From the IMG/VR virus record IMGVR_UViG_3300029954_000006: a DNA stretch of 64,000 bases; one strand, given 5' to 3'. Shown in pieces: positions 58,460 to 64,000 of the stretch (position 1 is the stretch's first letter; every line of letters starts with the position of its first letter). The notes beneath the pieces were generated by a model. The model worked only from the letters and a program-made list of their open reading frames with translations, was not told the DNA's origin and ran no database searches. A program made the translations under genes and the position numbers. Source of the DNA: an uncultured virus (IMG/VR IMGVR_UViG_3300029954_000006). Lineage: Duplodnaviria > Heunggongvirae > Uroviricota > Caudoviricetes.

Positions 58460-60111
58460 ACCGCCTCCGGCGCCTTCTCGGCCGCTTGTTCCGGGACGCC
58501 GATCGCCCATTGCGGTAGCGGGATGTTAAGAGTCTTCATCATCTCGATTTCATGCGCGCGCTGTTGCAACACCTCCTCGATATCCTGGCCTTGCAGCGCC
58601 AATTCCTCCTCCAGCGTCGAGAGGCACGCATCCATGCCCATGATCGCGCCCTTCTTCTCGTCAACCGGGTTGATCCAGCCGCGTCCGGGGCCGACCCAAC
58701 GGCAGCGCGAATAGGCGTGCCGATATTCCATGTAGTCAGGCGCGCCGTTCGGCAGCGGCAGGTTGTCGACGATCATCGATTCCTCCAGCCAGGCGGAGCG
58801 GATCGGATCGGCGAAGCCGGACGCGAACGTATCGCGGCGGCGCTCCAGCGTTTTCCACGCCTCCAGCATCGCGCCGCGCGCGCTGGAATAGTTTACGTCC
58901 GACCAGTCGTTGCTGATCTGCTGCGCGGAGAGGCCGGTGCCGGCGGCGACGTTGCGCAGCACCGCGTTCTCGAAATCCTTGAAGTTGCTGGTCGGGCGCT
59001 CCGCCGAAATCGTGTTGATGCTTTCCCCGGGGAACAGATGCGGCATGGTGGCGCCGTTGATCGCGATCGAGTTCTGCCGCGCCCAGGCGACGCGATCCTC
59101 CTGGTAGCCGTTCAGCGACGTGGCGCCGTCGATGTCCGCTTCGTCGCCGCCCATCGCCTGCTTCACCAGCGACGGGTCCATCGGGCTTTCGACGTACGCC
59201 GAGAAAATCGCGTTGATGATCGCCGCCTCGAGTTCGCTGTTGTCGTAGCGCACCAGCATTTTCAGCCGTTGCATGATCGGCGTGAAAATGCCGACGCCGC
59301 CGCGATGCTGGCCGGCGCGCTCGGCCGGAAAGTGGTGGATGACCACCGGGCGGCCGTAGCGGGTCTCGCGCGGGCATTTTATCCAGGTCATGCTGTCCGC
59401 CGCCGCCCACCAATCGCCCTGGTGCGCCTTGCGAATCCAGTACGCCGTCGCGGCACCCCATTGGTCGACTTCGACGCCGCCGCGCAGCGTGTCGCGATCG
59501 AACACCAGCTGCGGGTTGGACAATCGGTCCGGATCGACGATCTGCACGGCGGTGGCGTAGCGCGCGCGCCCCAGGCCGACGCGCTCCTTGATCACGGGCA
59601 TCAGCGCAAGGCTGTCACCGTCGACCAGCTCGTGACGGAAGGCCACGCGCATCATGCCGCCGAACGTCAGGTTGCGGCCCGCGTCGCAATAATTGCCGGG
59701 GTCGTCGGCCCAGGAACGCCAGTGGCTGTCGACGGCGCGCCCGAAATCCTTGGCCCATTCGTGATCGAACGCACAGCCGGTTTCCCGCGCGAGAAACCGC
59801 CAGTCCGGTTTGGCGATGGGCCGAAAATTGGCGCCGACGGCGTTGTCCAAGATGCGGGTGACCGCGCCGGAGGCCCAACCATCGTTGCGAACAAGGTCGC
59901 GCGCCCGGGCGACGATCGTATCGCGATACGGATTCAGCTCGCTGTCGGCTGACCAAAGGTATGGTTGCCAGGCCGCGAAGGTCTGTGACGTGCGGTTGGC
60001 GGCGTCATAGGCCGGGGAGCCGAGGCCGCCGATGAGCGCCGCCTGACGCCGCGCGCGCGGCGATGGCGGCAGCGGCCGTCCGTCCGGACCGAGGACGCGG
60101 ATTTCGGTCAA
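58456..60111 (-). CDS. Portal protein, lambda gpB family
   Basis: RARDLVRNDGW...DWSDVNYSSAR...GWINPVDE. Confidence 0.93.
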   Translation of the reverse strand: MTEIRVLGPDGRPLPPSPRARRQAALIGGLGSPAYDAANRTSQTFAAWQPYLWSADSELNPYRDTIVARARDLVRNDGWASGAVTRILDNAVGANFRPIAKPDWRFLARETGCAFDHEWAKDFGRAVDSHWRSWADDPGNYCDAGRNLTFGGMMRVAFRHELVDGDSLALMPVIKERVGLGRARYATAVQIVDPDRLSNPQLVFDRDTLRGGVEVDQWGAATAYWIRKAHQGDWWAAADSMTWIKCPRETRYGRPVVIHHFPAERAGQHRGGVGIFTPIMQRLKMLVRYDNSELEAAIINAIFSAYVESPMDPSLVKQAMGGDEADIDGATSLNGYQEDRVAWARQNSIAINGATMPHLFPGESINTISAERPTSNFKDFENAVLRNVAAGTGLSAQQISNDWSDVNYSSARGAMLEAWKTLERRRDTFASGFADPIRSAWLEESMIVDNLPLPNGAPDYMEYRHAYSRCRWVGPGRGWINPVDEKKGAIMGMDACLSTLEEELALQGQDIEEVLQQRAHEIEMMKTLNIPLPQWAIGVPEQAAEKAPEAV

Positions 60112-60422
60112 TAGTAGACCGGACGCATCGGGCGCCGGAGGTTCCGGACGCCGAGCGCCTGCTGCAACAGCATGATCCAGCCGGTGAGCTGGCCGATGTT
60201 GATCATGTTGTACGTGACTGATTTCGTGCCGTCGCCCTGGCCATAGCTGGCGGTCACCACCTTGCCGCCGACCTGCCAGTTCGTGAGCGCCAGCTGCGCC
60301 GAGGCCAGCGCTGCCTGCAGCTGCGGCACGGACATGCCGGTGAGGATGGTGGGGCGCGTCGGCGCATAGCCGACGACGCCCACCGTCACCGGCTGCCCGG
60401 TGGTGATGTTCACAAGCGTCAT
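60108..60422 (-). CDS. gpW-like head-tail joining protein
   Basis: GGKVVTASY..GDG.KSVTY...L...I..LQ..LG...RRP. Confidence 0.8.
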   Translation of the reverse strand: MTLVNITTGQPVTVGVVGYAPTRPTILTGMSVPQLQAALASAQLALTNWQVGGKVVTASYGQGDGTKSVTYNMINIGQLTGWIMLLQQALGVRNLRRPMRPVYY

Positions 60423-60433
60423 GGGGACACTCC

Positions 60434-60463
60434 GGTTGGCCGCTGGTTGGCCGCTGGTTGGCC
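60434..60463. repeat. GGTTGGCCGCT tandem array (three GTTGGCC at 11-bp spacing)
   Basis: Copies at 60435, 60446, 60457; 19 bp identical to 27826-27844. Confidence 0.85.
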
Positions 60464-62449
60464 CTAGCGGATCGTCATGCGGGCGATGCGAGCCGCCCGG
60501 GAAGCCTCGGCGGATTTGGCGGCGGCGGCCACCTGCGCCGCAGGGGCAACCGCCGGCGCATCTGGGCGCCGGTCAGGTTCGGCGCTGGCCCGGGGTTGAT
60601 CCGCCCAACCGCCAAGCGCCTCGGCCCGCCTGTTCAGCTTGAGGCCGGCGTTGAGCAGCCCGCAGAGCGCGGCGTAGGCGTAGACCCTCATGTCGAGCGC
60701 CTCATTTGCTCGGCCCGGGATCAGTTCCCACACCCGGAACGCGCGGCCGGCGACCAGCTTCGTGGCCGACCTTTCCGAAACAAGTTGCGCGAAATAGTTG
60801 ATGTCGCGGTCGGTCGGGAAGTGCATGTAGCCGGCTATCGGCCCCATGGCGCCGTCGAGCGGCGGCTTTATCGCCAGGCGCGAGCGGATGACATCCTTGG
60901 CGGCGTTCACCCCGATGATGATTGGCCGGAACGCCGCCTTGTTGCGCGCCGACGGCCGCTTCGTGGGCCACACCGGCGAGCGTGTGCCGCCCCGCGCGGC
61001 CTCGCCCTTGATCGCCCAGACCCGCCGGCCGAGGCGCTCGCGGGAGAAATTGTAGACGCGCTGGGTGTGGTGGCCGCCGCTGTCGATGCAGGTCGCCATG
61101 ATCTCGAAGCCGCGCCCGTCGCCGCGTTTCCAGATGCGTTTGAGGAACCCGTCGACCTGATCCCATAGCGGCGTCGTGTCGGGATCGCCCTCGATTACCT
61201 CATGCGCGATCGACCAGCTTTCCTCGTTGCGGCCCCAGCCGACGACCTCGATCTCGACGCGATCGTCCTGCACGTCCACGCCCGCGGTCACCACGGCCAC
61301 GCCATCGGGCACCTCGGCGGCGAACACTTCCGTGCGGGCCGCGAGCGTCCGCTCGTTCAAAGCACCTTGGCCGCGATCCTCGTACGGGAGGCCGAGCACC
61401 AGGTTGTGGAACGTCTTGCGCTGGAGCGGGTCATCCTTCACCCGCAGCCACTCGGCGACCAGCATCGCCCAACGGGCGTTGACGAACAGCGAATAGGCGG
61501 CCCAAACGTGAAAGCCAGCGTGGCCGGAAAACGGCCGCGTGGCCCGCCACTCGCCCGCCGCGATCATCGGCGCCTTGTCGCTCTCCTCAATGATGCAGCC
61601 GTTCGCGCGGCAGACGTAATGCACCGTGTCGGGCAGGCCGCGCCCCTTGTCGTCGCGATCCCATTTGATGCCGTACGGCAGATCGGGGCCGCCCCATTCG
61701 AGGCGCTGCATTTCGCCGCAATGCGGGCACGGCACGAAATAGTACCGCTGGTCGCTTTCGAGGAACCGCTTCTCGATGCGGCTTGTCCCGGCCGTCGTCG
61801 GCGTCGATCCGGCGACGATGACGCGGTTCCAATAGGAATCCGACCGCTTGATCCCGAGCGCGATCTGATCGCCCTCGGAGCCGACGCCGCCCACGGGATA
61901 GCCGTCAACCTCATCGAACAGCACGACGCGTGCGGAGATGCGCCGGAACCCGCCAGCGGAGTTCGCGCCAATGAATGCCACCGACGCGCCGTTGCGAAAC
62001 GTGCGCTTGAGCATGCGCTGCGCCGGATCGCTCGCGCGCTGTTCGCCGGCGATCTCGGCCAGCACGGGCGTGTCGCGCAGCATCGGCTCGATCTCGGACG
62101 TGCTGTAATCCTCCGCGTCCTCCACGCGGGGCTGCACGACGAGGACCGGCGACGGATCCTGATGGATGAAATAGCCGATCGTGTGGTCAAGGATGCGCGT
62201 GTAGCCCACGCGGGCCGATTTCATTACGGTGATCTCGGTCACCGATGGATCGGTCACCGCGTCCATCATCCCGATCTGATAGCCGTAGGCGTGGAACTTG
62301 CCGGGTTGCGCGCTGGTTTCGCGCGAGAGCACGGCATAGCGGTCAGCCCATTGCGACAGCGTGAGATTCGGCGGTGGCCCCAGCCGCAGCAGCACCGATC
62401 GCATCGTCGCCAACAGCGCCGGCGATCCCTTCGGCGACAGGCTGGGCAT
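60464..62449 (-). CDS. terL: Terminase large subunit, lambda gpA family
   Basis: KSARVGYT, LFDEVDGY, STPT, VPCPHCG, GVDVQDDR, IDSGG, NEALD. Confidence 0.95.
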   Translation of the reverse strand: MPSLSPKGSPALLATMRSVLLRLGPPPNLTLSQWADRYAVLSRETSAQPGKFHAYGYQIGMMDAVTDPSVTEITVMKSARVGYTRILDHTIGYFIHQDPSPVLVVQPRVEDAEDYSTSEIEPMLRDTPVLAEIAGEQRASDPAQRMLKRTFRNGASVAFIGANSAGGFRRISARVVLFDEVDGYPVGGVGSEGDQIALGIKRSDSYWNRVIVAGSTPTTAGTSRIEKRFLESDQRYYFVPCPHCGEMQRLEWGGPDLPYGIKWDRDDKGRGLPDTVHYVCRANGCIIEESDKAPMIAAGEWRATRPFSGHAGFHVWAAYSLFVNARWAMLVAEWLRVKDDPLQRKTFHNLVLGLPYEDRGQGALNERTLAARTEVFAAEVPDGVAVVTAGVDVQDDRVEIEVVGWGRNEESWSIAHEVIEGDPDTTPLWDQVDGFLKRIWKRGDGRGFEIMATCIDSGGHHTQRVYNFSRERLGRRVWAIKGEAARGGTRSPVWPTKRPSARNKAAFRPIIIGVNAAKDVIRSRLAIKPPLDGAMGPIAGYMHFPTDRDINYFAQLVSERSATKLVAGRAFRVWELIPGRANEALDMRVYAYAALCGLLNAGLKLNRRAEALGGWADQPRASAEPDRRPDAPAVAPAAQVAAAAKSAEASRAARIARMTIR

Positions 62450-62921
62450 ATATGGCGGTGTTCGCGATTTCGGTGAGCGCGTCATCGACCGCGCCTTTCA
62501 GGATCGACACCAGTTCCCGCAGCGTTTTGGCCCGATGCAGCGCGGGTCCAACGCTGCTCGGCAACGCGAGGAACCGCGCGCGAATGTTGATAATAATCAT
62601 TGACCAGGCCGTCTCGACATCATCGCGCGCGAGCAGCGTTCCCGCGAGCAATTCAACCTCGGCCTCGGCCTTGCGCGCCCGCGCGGTCAGCAGCCGGGTG
62701 CGCGAACCAAGAAACTCGCCGCTCTTGGCGTCGCCTTCGACCGTGCGCTCGCGCAGGTATTTGATGTAGGCGCGCACCACCGGCGCGATCTCGTATCGGC
62801 CGCGTTCGGCCCTGGGCAGGACGCCACGCGCCGCGAGATTGTAGATCTGGCGCTCGGTCAGATCGAGCAGCCGCGCGATGGTGCCAATCGGATAAGTCGC
62901 CGGAGCCGGAGCATCGGACAT
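62343..62921 (-). CDS. terS: Terminase small subunit, Nu1-like
   Basis: N-terminal wHTH IARLLDLTERQI...GRY; coiled coil; overlaps the terL start. Confidence 0.85.
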   Translation of the reverse strand: MSDAPAPATYPIGTIARLLDLTERQIYNLAARGVLPRAERGRYEIAPVVRAYIKYLRERTVEGDAKSGEFLGSRTRLLTARARKAEAEVELLAGTLLARDDVETAWSMIIINIRARFLALPSSVGPALHRAKTLRELVSILKGAVDDALTEIANTAIYAQPVAEGIAGAVGDDAIGAAAAGATAESHAVAMG

Positions 62922-63042
62922 CGCGAAAACTCCAGTTTTAACTCGCCAGTTTCCCAAATGAGCAGTTGCGGCAGGCCGCGTTTTGCGGCTCCCTGCGTTG
63001 GCGGTTCCGCATCCCGCGAGCCGCGAACAGGGACTTTCTCGA

Positions 63043-63900
63043 ATGACGTTTATCAATCGACACTCGATGCACATCGGCCAATCGGTCCTGACCGACGAGC
63101 AGATTTCCACCGCGGCGCCCTCGGTATTCGCCTCCGAGGCGCATGAGAGCCGCAGCGCGCGGTTCGCGGTCATCCCCACGGGCGTGGTCATCGGCGCCCT
63201 TCGCGCCGAGGGGTTCGATCCGGTTTTCGCCAAGCAGAGCGCCGCGCGGTACGGCAGGAACGAGCACGGCAAGCATCTGGTCCGGTTCCGCCATCGCAGC
63301 CAGCCTAGCACGACGCATGGCCTGCGGGTCGGCGCCACGTTCCCCGAGGTCGTTCTGGTCAACGCGCAGGACGGATCATCGGCCTACAAGCTCTATGCCG
63401 GTGTTTTCAGGCTGGTTTGCCTCAACGGCATGATCGCGTCGGACCGGCTCGACGGCTCGGTATCGGTCAGTCATTCCGGCGACGTTCGGTCCAAGGTCAT
63501 CCAGGGCAGTTACAAGGTGCTCAACGAGAGCCGGACGGCGCTGCAATGCGCCGACGCCTGGGCCGGGATCGAGCTGTCCCCCGATGAGCAACACGCGTTC
63601 GCCGAGCAGGCGCATTTCCTGCGGTTCGCCGATGCCGCCGGCGAGATATCGACCGCGATCCGCCCCGAGCAGTTGCTCGATGTCCGCCGCCAGGAGGATC
63701 GGCCGAACGATCTCTGGACGACGTTCAACCGGATCCAGGAAAACGCTGTGCGCGGCGGCCTGCGCGGCCTGACGCGCGATCCCGTGACGCGGCGCACCCG
63801 CCGCAGCACATCGCGCGAAGTCCAGGGCATCGACGGCGATGTGCGCCTCAACCGGGCACTCTGGGCTCTCGGCGCGCGCATGGCCGAAATCAAGGCCTGA
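63043..63900 (+). CDS. DUF932/DUF945 family protein
   Basis: APSVFA..AHESRS.RF..IPT...KHLVRFR...NAQDGSSAY...FRLVC.NG...RR.ED...DLW..FN.IQEN. Confidence 0.88.
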   Translation: MTFINRHSMHIGQSVLTDEQISTAAPSVFASEAHESRSARFAVIPTGVVIGALRAEGFDPVFAKQSAARYGRNEHGKHLVRFRHRSQPSTTHGLRVGATFPEVVLVNAQDGSSAYKLYAGVFRLVCLNGMIASDRLDGSVSVSHSGDVRSKVIQGSYKVLNESRTALQCADAWAGIELSPDEQHAFAEQAHFLRFADAAGEISTAIRPEQLLDVRRQEDRPNDLWTTFNRIQENAVRGGLRGLTRDPVTRRTRRSTSREVQGIDGDVRLNRALWALGARMAEIKA

Positions 63901-63906
63901 TCCCGG

Positions 63907-63938
63907 GGGGGCCGATGGGCTGCAACCCGTCGGCCCCG
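63907..63938 (+). other. GC-rich hairpin after DUF932 (possible terminator or processing site; no T-tract)
   Basis: GGGGCCGATGGG-N6-CCCGTCGGCCCC. Confidence 0.5.
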
Positions 63939-64000
63939 TTGGGCAATGCCGCAACGTCGCTTCATTTCCGGCTAGGGAACACATCCACGATGGACACTAT
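63939..64000. repeat. Terminal direct repeat, copy 2
   Basis: Identical to 1-62. Confidence 0.97.

Overview
The window is almost certainly one complete circular genome of about 63,938 bp: bases 63939-64000 repeat bases 1-62 exactly. It is a GC-rich tailed phage, probably of an alphaproteobacterial host (inference). It combines a lambda-type packaging/head module (Nu1-like TerS, gpA TerL, gpW, portal, S49 protease, gpD, gpE) with a Mu-type contractile tail and baseplate, a multi-gene fibre cassette and a GH108 lysis cassette. It also has a cro/cI-like switch with a shared operator, a helicase/VRR-NUC/AAA_25 replication block, a NusG-like antiterminator, three DNA-methylase loci and an IS607 element with intact TnpA, TnpB and omega-RNA. 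No integrase is visible; a plasmid-like module (HTH Rep, antisense-RNA-like leader, RHH protein) suggests a phage-plasmid. The most unusual signals are: (1) two tandem tape-measure paralogues with different cell-wall hydrolase domains, preceded by a double-domain chaperone; (2) GTTGGCC arrays phased at 11 bp around the RHH gene and again between terL and gpW; (3) a stand-alone CapW/BrxR-type winged helix with no WYL sensor; (4) a ParB-methyltransferase-PLP enzyme operon next to the candidate cos site. All family calls come from recognising motifs by eye, not from database searches.
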